Virus record (IMG/VR): IMGVR_UViG_3300032212_000698
Coordinates: 1-39,620 of that record
Length of the DNA: 39,620 bases
Source of the DNA: a virus
Taxonomy: Duplodnaviria; Caudoviricetes
Reading direction: 5' to 3' (one strand)
Positions 1 to 7,572 of the stretch are shown here, piece after piece. The notes under the pieces were generated by a model, which was not told the origin of the DNA, ran no database searches, and was given only the letters and a program-made list of their open reading frames with translations. Made by a program: the position numbers and the translations under genes. Positions within the stretch are counted from its first letter, which is position 1; each line of letters starts with the position of its first letter.

Positions 1-1200
1 TCACGTCTTAATTTCAGTCCATTCAGCACCCCTGGCGTCATGATAAACAGCCGTCATTCTCGGGTCTTTGTGACCTAATAATAATTGCGTATCAATTGCC
101 TGCTCTTTGTATAAACGCTCGGAAAGTGAGCGAATCTCGTGAAAGGTTGGCGGGCTTTTATGAAAAGTTAAGTCAGTTTTTCCTAATGCCTTTTTAAATT
201 GCCTGGTTAATGCATCTTTGTGTAGTGGGTCACCAACTTTCTTAACTGAAATGTTTTTGCTGTGGTGCAGCATGTATTTAGATGCTACAAAGCTTTTTTT
301 ACACTTAGCAATAACTTCACCCACGCTCAAATCCAATACATCCAATCTAAGATCGAGCGGTATTTTAATGAGTGCCCCTGTCTTTTTCTGCACTATCCAT
401 AGCTGACCCTCGTGTACATGAGGATAGGGGTGTATTGGGTGCTTATCGCCCCTTAAAAACGCCTCAAATGCTGGAATCCAGTCTCTACCACGCTTAAATT
501 GAGCCAGTGTGAGGTCTTCTCTACGTTGGCCGGTGACAATAGCCAATAACATAGAATTCTGTCCCCAGGGCATTGTGTGAGGGGAATCGGCCTTTTCTAA
601 AATAACCTTAAAGTCATCTAATACAAGTCGTTCTCGCTGGGTTTTGACGGTAATGGTTTTTGTGGTTTCAGCGGGATTATCCGCACGAAGTGTCTCACCA
701 GCCTGTTTTGCTTCTGTTATCAGGTCAATATAAGTGGATCTGATGACCATAGACATGCGTCTTTTGCCCTGGTCTTTGTAAATATCAATGAGTGCTTTTA
801 CATCCTTGGCTGTTAAGTCGTTTATATCAATATGGCCATGATGACAGTTTATCGACTTAAGAGAGGTTTTTTTAGTTTTGTAAGTGTTTAATTGAATTTC
901 ACCACTTTCAAGCTGTTCATCAAGTATTAGCTGATACATGGTTATCCATTCGCCTATGCTTATACTTTCTTTTTGCTCGGCAATTTTTTTAAATCTATTC
1001 TGTAGGATTTGCTGTGAGATAAGTTCATTTAAAGCGTTAGCATCCAGTATGGCCTGAGCCTTATCTGTACCCATGCCGTGATACTTTCCATTTCTCGGGT
1101 CGCGATACTGGTAATATGTTTTGCCATCCCTGGAATCCTTTTTTTTATAGAGATTTTCTGTTAAATCCTTGTTTCCACTCTTACGCGGCCTGGGTGCCAT
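1..1200 (-). CDS. int: Lambda-type tyrosine integrase
   Basis: N-terminal arm-binding domain (NLYKK..YYQYRDPRNGK); catalytic motifs TGQRRED, QKKTG, TFHEIRSL, LLGHKD..MTAVY. Confidence 0.97.
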   Translation of the reverse strand: MAPRPRKSGNKDLTENLYKKKDSRDGKTYYQYRDPRNGKYHGMGTDKAQAILDANALNELISQQILQNRFKKIAEQKESISIGEWITMYQLILDEQLESGEIQLNTYKTKKTSLKSINCHHGHIDINDLTAKDVKALIDIYKDQGKRRMSMVIRSTYIDLITEAKQAGETLRADNPAETTKTITVKTQRERLVLDDFKVILEKADSPHTMPWGQNSMLLAIVTGQRREDLTLAQFKRGRDWIPAFEAFLRGDKHPIHPYPHVHEGQLWIVQKKTGALIKIPLDLRLDVLDLSVGEVIAKCKKSFVASKYMLHHSKNISVKKVGDPLHKDALTRQFKKALGKTDLTFHKSPPTFHEIRSLSERLYKEQAIDTQLLLGHKDPRMTAVYHDARGAEWTEIKT

Positions 1201-1411
1201 TTAATATCTCCAACGCTCTTTTTGATAGTTTGTCATTACCTGTAGGCTTTATAAGCGGAGAATATACAGCATCTTCGTCACACATCAAATACCGACCGAC
1301 TTTAACGGGGGCAGGGATGATCTGTCCTGTTTTTGCGTAGCTGTGTAAAGTTGCCTTGCATGGGGGCGGGTCGAAGTTTCTCTTTGCCCATTCTTGTAGT
1401 GTTATTTTCAT
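1181..1411 (-). CDS. xis: Excisionase (lambda Xis-like)
   Basis: ITLQEWAKR..PPP..IIPAPVKVGR resembles lambda-family Xis; overlaps the int start. Confidence 0.9.
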   Translation of the reverse strand: MKITLQEWAKRNFDPPPCKATLHSYAKTGQIIPAPVKVGRYLMCDEDAVYSPLIKPTGNDKLSKRALEILNGTQAA

Positions 1412-1491
1412 CGTCTACTCCCAACATGATAGCCCCAGGCAAGCCCAATTAATAAACACACTGCACCCACTATAATTAATGTTAAATTCAT
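1408..1491 (-). CDS. 27-aa single-pass membrane peptide (not in ORF track)
   Basis: MNLTLIIVGAVCLLIGLAWGYHVGSRR; ATGA overlaps with both neighbours. Confidence 0.6.
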   Translation of the reverse strand: MNLTLIIVGAVCLLIGLAWGYHVGSRR

Positions 1492-1739
1492 TCGTCTTTA
1501 CCTGCGTTTAAAATGGCGTCAATAAAAGGATTAAAGCAATCATCAATATCACCTATATAGTCTCTTATCATATCCATATAAGCATCAGCACACATATTCC
1601 GCGTAGATTCCTCAGTCCTGGCTATAGCTTCTTTGTTGCCATTTAAAATACTAACAATCTCACGCTTATTAAATGATTTGCCATCTTTACAAATGGGCCA
1701 TCCATCAATAGCATGATTAACATAATATTCATCGCTCAT
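1488..1739 (-). CDS. Hypothetical phage early protein
   Basis: 83-aa ORF with ATGA coupling in the left operon. Confidence 0.7.
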   Translation of the reverse strand: MSDEYYVNHAIDGWPICKDGKSFNKREIVSILNGNKEAIARTEESTRNMCADAYMDMIRDYIGDIDDCFNPFIDAILNAGKDE

Positions 1740-2014
1740 TTATCTAATGCCTCAGTTATAAAATTTGCATTAGAGTGGCCGCAGTACATACCAATCGCTT
1801 CGCCTAACTTAATAAGCGGCTCATGCTGACACCTGTCTAAATAGGGGTGTTCTACTATCATTTCTTTGGTTAGAACATTACATAGAGCCCACGCGGTTTC
1901 ATAATCAAGCTCTAATACAACGGAGCCTAATTTTATATTTGAATTTGTGGATGAAATACATCCAGAAATCCTATTATTTTTGGTTGCGTTATTATTTTTA
2001 AATTCCATAATCAC
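1736..2014 (-). CDS. Hypothetical phage early protein
   Basis: 92-aa ORF coupled to its neighbours. Confidence 0.7.
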   Translation of the reverse strand: MIMEFKNNNATKNNRISGCISSTNSNIKLGSVVLELDYETAWALCNVLTKEMIVEHPYLDRCQHEPLIKLGEAIGMYCGHSNANFITEALDK

Positions 2015-2190
2015 TTTCCGTTTATATTTTTAACTGCTTTGTAACCGCAATCAGTCTCAATTACAAAACCATGTTTAACTAAACATTTTACAGAGCGCAA
2101 CTCATGACCAGAAAAACTCAAATCATTAAGCGTGTATTTTTCGATATCAGACAATACTTTTTGCTGTGCTGATGTTGGTTTTTTTGTCAT
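2011..2190 (-). CDS. 59-aa hypothetical protein (not in ORF track)
   Basis: MTKKPTSAQQKVLSDIEKY...VKNINGK; GGAAAG upstream; stop overlaps the next GTG start. Confidence 0.65.
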   Translation of the reverse strand: MTKKPTSAQQKVLSDIEKYTLNDLSFSGHELRSVKCLVKHGFVIETDCGYKAVKNINGK

Positions 2191-2228
2191 GTCTTTCCGT
2201 TAAGCTTAATTAACTTTTAAATTAAAAT

Positions 2229-2578
2229 GCAGGATTGCCGGTCGTCTCGTCGTCCTGCGTCGATCTCATTACGCCACCGGCTCAGCGTCCCATCGTTAGG
2301 CTCTCAATAGGGAAAGGGCATGTTTACGACAGTAAGTTGTCAGCTAGCCACCCAAACTTTAATTAGTGTCTTTGTCTACCCTGTCGATTGAACAGTGCAC
2401 ACGTTAGCCCTAAAGGCAATAACAAAGACGATTTATAGGGTCTTCATAAAGAAAGATAGTCTCGTATTATTCGAGTTTAACGAAACCTCCCTTTCTAATC
2501 TGGTACTTGCAGTATTGTTCAAGACTCGACTCTTTAATAAACACCACGTTTTCCCTTCAAGCAATCGACTTACAGATT
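2229..2578 (-). ncRNA. Putative structured non-coding RNA tract 1
   Basis: Consecutive stem-closed modules and crossing stems (GCAGGA/TCCTGC with GCCGGT/ACCGGC); no minus-strand ORF in the track. Confidence 0.4.
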
Positions 2579-3051
2579 CAGTAACCTCTCTTTTTACGTT
2601 GCATAGACCATCTTGGTTTTTGCTTTTTACTTGTTTGGCTTAATAGCTGTTCTTTCCTTGCTCTCCATTGTGCAAAATCATTTTTATTGCAACATCGGCC
2701 AACTCGCCACTTTTTTTCCTGTTTTAATCTCCCTTTAATGCCCATTGGCTTTCTTGCGTTTGTATTGTATTTAGGTTGCTGTGCATCTTGATAATAACCA
2801 TACCACCAACCCCTACGGCCTTCTTCCCATTCATTTAAAATACCCTCTATTGATTTCCCTGTGTGTGCTGCATAATGTTTAGCCCTGTTAATCACCCATT
2901 GAAATTGACTATACAATTTCGCTTTTTCACGCATAGGATTTCTATTAAACTTAATTCGGTACGCTTCTGCTTTCTGGACATCATGAATATAATCGGCCTT
3001 TAAAGATTTATACCCAGTCGAGTTAGCTAGTTGTTTCCAGTTTATTCTCAT
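2578..3051 (-). CDS. Basic hypothetical phage protein
   Basis: Likely starts at MRINWKQ (3051), because the upstream extension overlaps the SSB tail; motif WEEGRRGWWYGYY. Confidence 0.75.
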   Translation of the reverse strand: MRINWKQLANSTGYKSLKADYIHDVQKAEAYRIKFNRNPMREKAKLYSQFQWVINRAKHYAAHTGKSIEGILNEWEEGRRGWWYGYYQDAQQPKYNTNARKPMGIKGRLKQEKKWRVGRCCNKNDFAQWRARKEQLLSQTSKKQKPRWSMQRKKRGY

Positions 3052-3073
3052 ATCAAATACTCTAAGTTCTGCG

Positions 3074-3494
3074 TCAAAAAGGTATATCATCATCAAAGCT
3101 ATCACCTACCGGTGCGGGTTGTTGTGTTGGCTGGTATTGCTGGTTCGGTTGATGCTGTTGCCCACCAGGGCGACTACCCAGCATTTGCAATAATCTTTGT
3201 GGTGTAACGATCATTACCGCTTTTATCCTGCCATTTCTCCGTGCGTAGGCTTCCTTCTATATAAACTTGCTGGCCCTTTTTTAAATATTCACCGGCAATT
3301 TCACCTAAACGGTTAAAAAAAGTTACATTGTGCCATTCGGTGCGTTCCTGCTTTTCACCTGTTTTTTTATCTTTCCAGCTTTCATTCGTTGCAATACTTA
3401 TCGAAGTTACTGCGCCACCTGAAGGCATGTAGCGAGTTTCAGGATCTTTTCCGCAGGTTCCCACTAAAATTACTTTATTTATGCCTCTAGCCAT
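3074..3494 (-). CDS. ssb: Single-stranded DNA-binding protein, frameshifted before its C-terminal tail
   Basis: [24 protein letters not shown] fold stops at 3174; the Q/P-rich linker and DDDIPF tail continue in another frame to TGA at 3074-3076. Confidence 0.92.
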
Positions 3495-3521
3495 TATTTA
3501 TTTTCCTTTGTTATTTAATTC

Positions 3522-3819
3522 GGATGGGCTTCGCACCCAATTGGCCACCATTTATGCTAACTATCTACAGTTTCGCTCTGCCTAACGATAGTTCCTATCC
3601 AAAAGATAAAAGCAAGCTAGTGTGACTAGCGCGGATTCTTTATTTAATAGAATTCGTTGCGCCAGTTATGTGACTAACATAGTTACTGACGACTACCAGA
3701 TTTAACTTTATAAAATAAAGCTTCATACCTTTGGGGCTTCTCACGGTACTGGCATAATGAAACTTGTTCGCCTGTTGTTTCAGGCATTTAACAGGATAGT
3801 TAAACCTGCTTTTTACCCC
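3522..3819 (-). ncRNA. Putative structured non-coding RNA tract 2
   Basis: Multiple hairpins and enclosed modules (see findings); overlaps a doubtful 62-aa ORF. Confidence 0.4.
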
Positions 3820-3855
3820 GTTGTTCATAACCCTCTATTTGCCTTTAATGTTTAA

Positions 3856-4353
3856 TTACTTAATTCGTATTGATGACTTGTTTCGCTCTTTATGTACACC
3901 GGGTATTTCTATACCGCTTTTCAAATCAGCCATTATTTTTGTTTTATCTGCTTTAGCCTCTACTTGTGGCAAAGTCATATATTCATCTGGTATATCTTCG
4001 ACCTCATCCACAACAACCACTTCTCTACCTTTAGCTAAAGTTATCGTAAATAATGGACAAGTAATTTTTTTAATGCTCGATGCTTCCATGTTTGTTCGTA
4101 AATAATCAACAAGGTTTACTCTTTGATTATATAAACGTTTTTTTCTTACATTAAGCCGTTCAATTTCAATCTTTATCTGATCCTCAGTAGATTCAAGCGT
4201 GTTCATAACCGTTGCTAATGCTTTTGCCTTTTCCTCAAATGTTGCCTGAACTCCTTCAATGGTATCCATAACAGCAATTTCCATTTCTGGATCATCCTGC
4301 GCAAGTTTTTCAAGCTGCTTCATTTCCCCGGTCAGGTGGTGTAGTGCTGCCAT
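3856..4353 (-). CDS. Siphovirus Gp157-family protein
   Basis: Coiled-coil N-terminus, IPDEY...DKTKI..LKSGIEIPGV..SIRIK signature; adjacent to the annealase. Confidence 0.85.
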   Translation of the reverse strand: MAALHHLTGEMKQLEKLAQDDPEMEIAVMDTIEGVQATFEEKAKALATVMNTLESTEDQIKIEIERLNVRKKRLYNQRVNLVDYLRTNMEASSIKKITCPLFTITLAKGREVVVVDEVEDIPDEYMTLPQVEAKADKTKIMADLKSGIEIPGVHKERNKSSIRIK

Positions 4354-5089
4354 GTTTTTTATCCTCTTTGGCCTGTAGGTGTTTTAGTCGAGTGTCTTTT
4401 GATCTTGTGAGCTTAAGCAAGCCATCACGGTCATTTTGACGCTGTGCTTTGCGATATGATGATTTAAAAATAAGCTCAAGTTCATTAATCGTTACAGCCG
4501 TTTCTATAATTTTTAAATGCTTATCAAACCATTCTTTGTAAATTTGTTTTGCTTTTACATCGGCTTCCATCTTGTTATCGATCTTGTTGATTTCAGCTTC
4601 AGCCATTATCTCCTGAACATAACCAACGTCATCAAATAAACCTAAGAATATATCAGCACTAAAACCAAACATTGATAAGCACTTCTTAATTGCGTCAGTC
4701 AGTGATTTTTTAGGCGCTTCTTGGTCAGTTATCCATTTATTGTTTTTAGGGGAGTAATAGACATATGGTGTGTGGCCAAAATGCTCAACTCGCGCATATT
4801 CTTTACCACGCTTTACCCACAAGCAGAGCTTTATAGTGTGCGTCTGAATATGTCCGATTATTTCGCCAGAGTCGTTATAGACTGGCGCTCCATTATCGGT
4901 TCTTTCTTCAAGTATGTCGTAGCCCCAGTCAAGACCTATCATGCCCCATTGCTCAGTAGCTAATCTAATCAGGTACGTACTGTTAACACTTGTCCCCGTG
5001 AAACCCTGGCTAAATTTTTTCGTATAAGCTGGGTCTGTCTTTGATACCTTTTCCCATAAACTTAAATTGTTCTTACTTTGTGCTTCCAT
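4310..5089 (-). CDS. Rad52/Sak-like single-strand annealing protein
   Basis: EAPKKSLTDAIKKCLSMFGFSADIFLG motif; lies in the recombination module with ssb. Confidence 0.7.
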   Translation of the reverse strand: MEAQSKNNLSLWEKVSKTDPAYTKKFSQGFTGTSVNSTYLIRLATEQWGMIGLDWGYDILEERTDNGAPVYNDSGEIIGHIQTHTIKLCLWVKRGKEYARVEHFGHTPYVYYSPKNNKWITDQEAPKKSLTDAIKKCLSMFGFSADIFLGLFDDVGYVQEIMAEAEINKIDNKMEADVKAKQIYKEWFDKHLKIIETAVTINELELIFKSSYRKAQRQNDRDGLLKLTRSKDTRLKHLQAKEDKKHGSTTPPDRGNEAA

Positions 5090-5094
5090 TTTTC

Positions 5095-5271
5095 TTACTC
5101 CACACTCGGGTTTTTATCAGTTAATGTTTTTAAAATTCGATACCACAAAGGGCGTTTAATAATATGTGGCTTCATATGTCGCTTAATGGGTGGTCTATTA
5201 TTCATCGCTGTTAACCGGATAATGCACCAGCAAAAAAACACCCAGGCTAAAAATAAAATTGTTTCTATCAT
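5095..5271 (-). CDS. 58-aa protein with N-terminal TM segment (not in ORF track)
   Basis: MIETILFLAWVFFCWCIIRL...; AGGA RBS; fills the gap in the left operon. Confidence 0.6.
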   Translation of the reverse strand: MIETILFLAWVFFCWCIIRLTAMNNRPPIKRHMKPHIIKRPLWYRILKTLTDKNPSVE

Positions 5272-5274
5272 TTC

Positions 5275-5613
5275 CTAATCTTCCCTATGAATAGAAAGAT
5301 ATGAATCTTTACAGCCGTTAAAAGCTTCTGAAAACAAACGGCCAATTTCGCAATGATTAGGATTCTTTTTACTGGCTTCTTTAACTGCGGCATACATTGC
5401 AGGGCCACACTCATCAATCATAAAAGTAACAAGATAATCCCAGGTCTCATTGCTGTTGCTTGTCATGTAGTCGATGATTTCCTGATCTTCGTCGCGTTCT
5501 GCTTCGTGCTTGGCTTCTTGCTGATAATCGTCGTGTAGGTCATAAGAAATGGCTCTGGCTGTGTTCAGGTTTTCAAATATATCTATTGGGCCTAATACGT
5601 TGCTTTGTTCCAT
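5275..5613 (-). CDS. Hypothetical acidic protein, first gene of the pL operon
   Basis: 112 aa; GGAG RBS. Confidence 0.75.
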   Translation of the reverse strand: MEQSNVLGPIDIFENLNTARAISYDLHDDYQQEAKHEAERDEDQEIIDYMTSNSNETWDYLVTFMIDECGPAMYAAVKEASKKNPNHCEIGRLFSEAFNGCKDSYLSIHRED

Positions 5614-5659
5614 TTCTTGCTCCGGTGTGTTGTTTGTTTTTGTCTTTAACTTGGGTATA

Positions 5660-5721
5660 AGTATACCTTAAAAGTATATCAAAGCAAGTAAAAGGTATAA
5701 TAAAATTACTTAAAAAGTATA
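5660..5721 (-). promoter_or_regulatory. pL promoter / OL operators
   Basis: 17-bp quasi-palindromes TATACCTTAAAAGTATA (5662-5678) and ATTACTTAAAAAGTATA (5705-5721), plus a half-site at 5683-5699; TTGCTT..TATACT on the minus strand. Confidence 0.7.
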
Positions 5722-5781
5722 TTTATTTTGTTTTGTTATAAAAATCAATGAGTTGTGTAGTGGTGTGTTTTTTACAGGCAC

Positions 5782-5803
5782 AAAAAAACCCGCAAAAGCG
5801 GGT
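5782..5803 (-). terminator. Intrinsic terminator after cI
   Basis: ACCCGC-N4-GCGGGT with a T-tract on the minus strand. Confidence 0.85.
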
Positions 5804-5823
5804 CTTATAGGAGGAGGGTAGGG

Positions 5824-6276
5824 TTATTTGATGTCTAGTAGCTCTGCTATTTTATCAGTTGTTAGCTTTCCACTTTCTGGCTTATCAAAGATTCTTGCTA
5901 TTAACCGTATAAATTCAAGTTTTTGCTGAGTTGGTAGATCGTTAAAGCCTGGGCCTACATGTTGATCTATAAACTTCGAAGCCATTGCCTCAGCAAACTC
6001 ACTAAAGGAGGTTGCAACAGCACCATGATCTGGCTTGTTAACAATGTTATATTGCGTGCCATTCTCGCCTATACTCTCGCCCTTAAGTAGCCAAGTTGGG
6101 TCTACTTCTAGAACAGTAGCTAATTTTATCATTCCATCAGGTCTAGGCATTTGTCCGCCAGTCTCATACTTTGAGATACGTACATTATTATCCCAGCCGC
6201 ACAACTCTGCTAATTCAGATTGGCTTAGGTTCTTTGCTTTGCGAGCCTGCTTAAGTCTTTCACCGAAATTTTCCAT
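5824..6276 (-). CDS. cI: CI-like XRE HTH repressor without an S24 autoprotease domain
   Basis: FGERLKQARKAKNLSQSELAE..ISKYETG..WLLKGE; divergent from cro; start placed from the leaderless promoter geometry. Confidence 0.88.
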   Translation of the reverse strand: MENFGERLKQARKAKNLSQSELAELCGWDNNVRISKYETGGQMPRPDGMIKLATVLEVDPTWLLKGESIGENGTQYNIVNKPDHGAVATSFSEFAEAMASKFIDQHVGPGFNDLPTQQKLEFIRLIARIFDKPESGKLTTDKIAELLDIK

Positions 6277-6311
6277 AAGCATATTATGAGATAGATATGC
6301 CTTTTTGTCAT
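6277..6311 (-). promoter_or_regulatory. pRM-like promoter giving a leaderless cI mRNA
   Basis: ATGACA-17-CATAAT-6 nt-ATG(6276) on the minus strand. Confidence 0.65.
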
Positions 6312-6345
6312 ATTCCGTAAAAGAAACAATTTTTGATGTTTCCAC

Positions 6346-6400
6346 TTGTTTAATATTCCTTATAAGTATATTATACCTTTAAAGTAATTTAAAAGGTATT
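6346..6400 (+). promoter_or_regulatory. pR promoter / OR operators
   Basis: TTGTTT-17-TATTAT (6346-6374); operators TATTCCTTATAAGTATA (6354-6370) and TATACCTTTAAAGTAAT (6372-6388) match the OL sites. Confidence 0.7.
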
Positions 6401-6405
6401 AAAGC

Positions 6406-6627
6406 ATGAATCAAGCTCTCGAAGACGCAATACGTGTGGCTGATGGGGTGACTGCGCTTGCTGAACTGATAGGCGTAGAGCAGCCGCATATTTCTAAGTG
6501 GAAAAAAAACGGTGTTCCTGCCAAGTGGTGTAAAGCTATTGAGAAAGCGACCAGTAAGACTGTGACTTGCTACGACTTGCGCCCCGATATTTTCCCTGAA
6601 CCCGAACAAACCGTTGTTAACAATTAG
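6406..6627 (+). CDS. cro: Cro-like repressor (YdaS/Cro family)
   Basis: LAELIGVEQPHISKW..VP....IEKAT...VT..DLRPDIF signature. Confidence 0.9.
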   Translation: MNQALEDAIRVADGVTALAELIGVEQPHISKWKKNGVPAKWCKAIEKATSKTVTCYDLRPDIFPEPEQTVVNN

Positions 6628-6709
6628 CGGATATTTTTTTAAAAATTTCAGTTTTTCGGGCTTTAGAGTTTCCATGTAAACAGATTAGTAAACAAATAGG
6701 GCTAAAACA

Positions 6710-7294
6710 ATGCGGGATATACCCAAAAATAATATTTCAGAGATAGTTAGGTACTTCGCAATTACTGCAACATCAAGTAAACCAAAGGCTATTTCATTTC
6801 GTCAGTACGCTTATAACCTGGGTGAGTTTTACATGGAAAACGTGGGGCACCCTAAGTTTGTTTTCCACTGTGACGCAACAGACGAAGCAAAGGACTTTGC
6901 AGATAAAAAACTGCGTTATCACTTCTTTGATGCAAAGGAACTTGATTACCTGCTTATTTCTGCGGCGGTTAACGCACTGCCTGAACCATTTAAAACCGAT
7001 TGCATTATTGCAATTGATAACACTCTCAAGCCACATGCTGAAGCAGGACAGGATTGTTCAGAAAGCAGTGCATTAAAACTTGCATCAAAGATTGTTAAGC
7101 ACTCAAGCGATGAAGCGCAAGCTTGGTTAAAAATCGCTGAAAACGGAATAGGGGCAGAAGACAGCGACGAAGATTTACTAAATGCTGAAATCATGTTTAC
7201 CAAATCCATAACCACCAGTAACGAAGGTTTAGCACTTGTACAGGCTGAGAAAAAGAAAAGAAATTTAAAAAATACTGACCTTAAAGCTGTTTAG
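6710..7294 (+). CDS. Protein in the CII position (possible CII/YdaT-like regulator)
   Basis: 194 aa, directly after cro; function inferred from position only. Confidence 0.6.
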   Translation: MRDIPKNNISEIVRYFAITATSSKPKAISFRQYAYNLGEFYMENVGHPKFVFHCDATDEAKDFADKKLRYHFFDAKELDYLLISAAVNALPEPFKTDCIIAIDNTLKPHAEAGQDCSESSALKLASKIVKHSSDEAQAWLKIAENGIGAEDSDEDLLNAEIMFTKSITTSNEGLALVQAEKKKRNLKNTDLKAV

Positions 7295-7347
7295 TTTTCA
7301 GTCGTGACAGCTAAATACAAGCGAGATAAATAACCAGGGCTAAGAAA

Positions 7348-7572
7348 ATGCATCAAAAACTAAGAGACATCATAGACCTATCTATATTGCGTGGAACGAG
7401 GGATGCGATAAGGGAGGTTTTAATATGTGATATGTGGGAGAAAGCCTGTAACGCTGAAAACAATGATGACGTACGTTTATTTGTTGACGAGGCTATGAGA
7501 TTAAAAGACGAAAGGTCTGATGTGGTTCGAGAGTGGTTGGAACTTGAGAGCTTGGAAAGGGTAAAGAATTAA
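7348..7572 (+). CDS. Hypothetical protein
   Basis: 74 aa; abuts the replication gene. Confidence 0.7.
   Translation: MHQKLRDIIDLSILRGTRDAIREVLICDMWEKACNAENNDDVRLFVDEAMRLKDERSDVVREWLELESLERVKN

Noticed and set aside
2229-2290. Twister, HDV or hammerhead ribozyme
   Set aside because: A pseudoknot is possible, but the conserved catalytic core sequences could not be matched by eye.
2381-2395. CTGT-N7-ACAG as a LexA box
   Set aside because: The spacing is one base short of CTGT-N8-ACAG; better explained as an RNA hairpin.
2292-3589. 10-nt inverted match GCCTAACGAT between the two non-coding tracts (2292-2301 and 3580-3589)
   Set aside because: A single 10-mer between two ~350-nt regions is plausible by chance and does not extend convincingly.
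3640-3828. 62-aa ORF with a GAGGG RBS
   Set aside because: No recognisable protein features and it overlaps dense RNA structure; left uncalled, though not excluded.
6277-6345. Longer GTG-started N-terminus of cI
   Set aside because: It overlaps the pRM and operator region; the HTH begins at M6276, where the promoter geometry fits.
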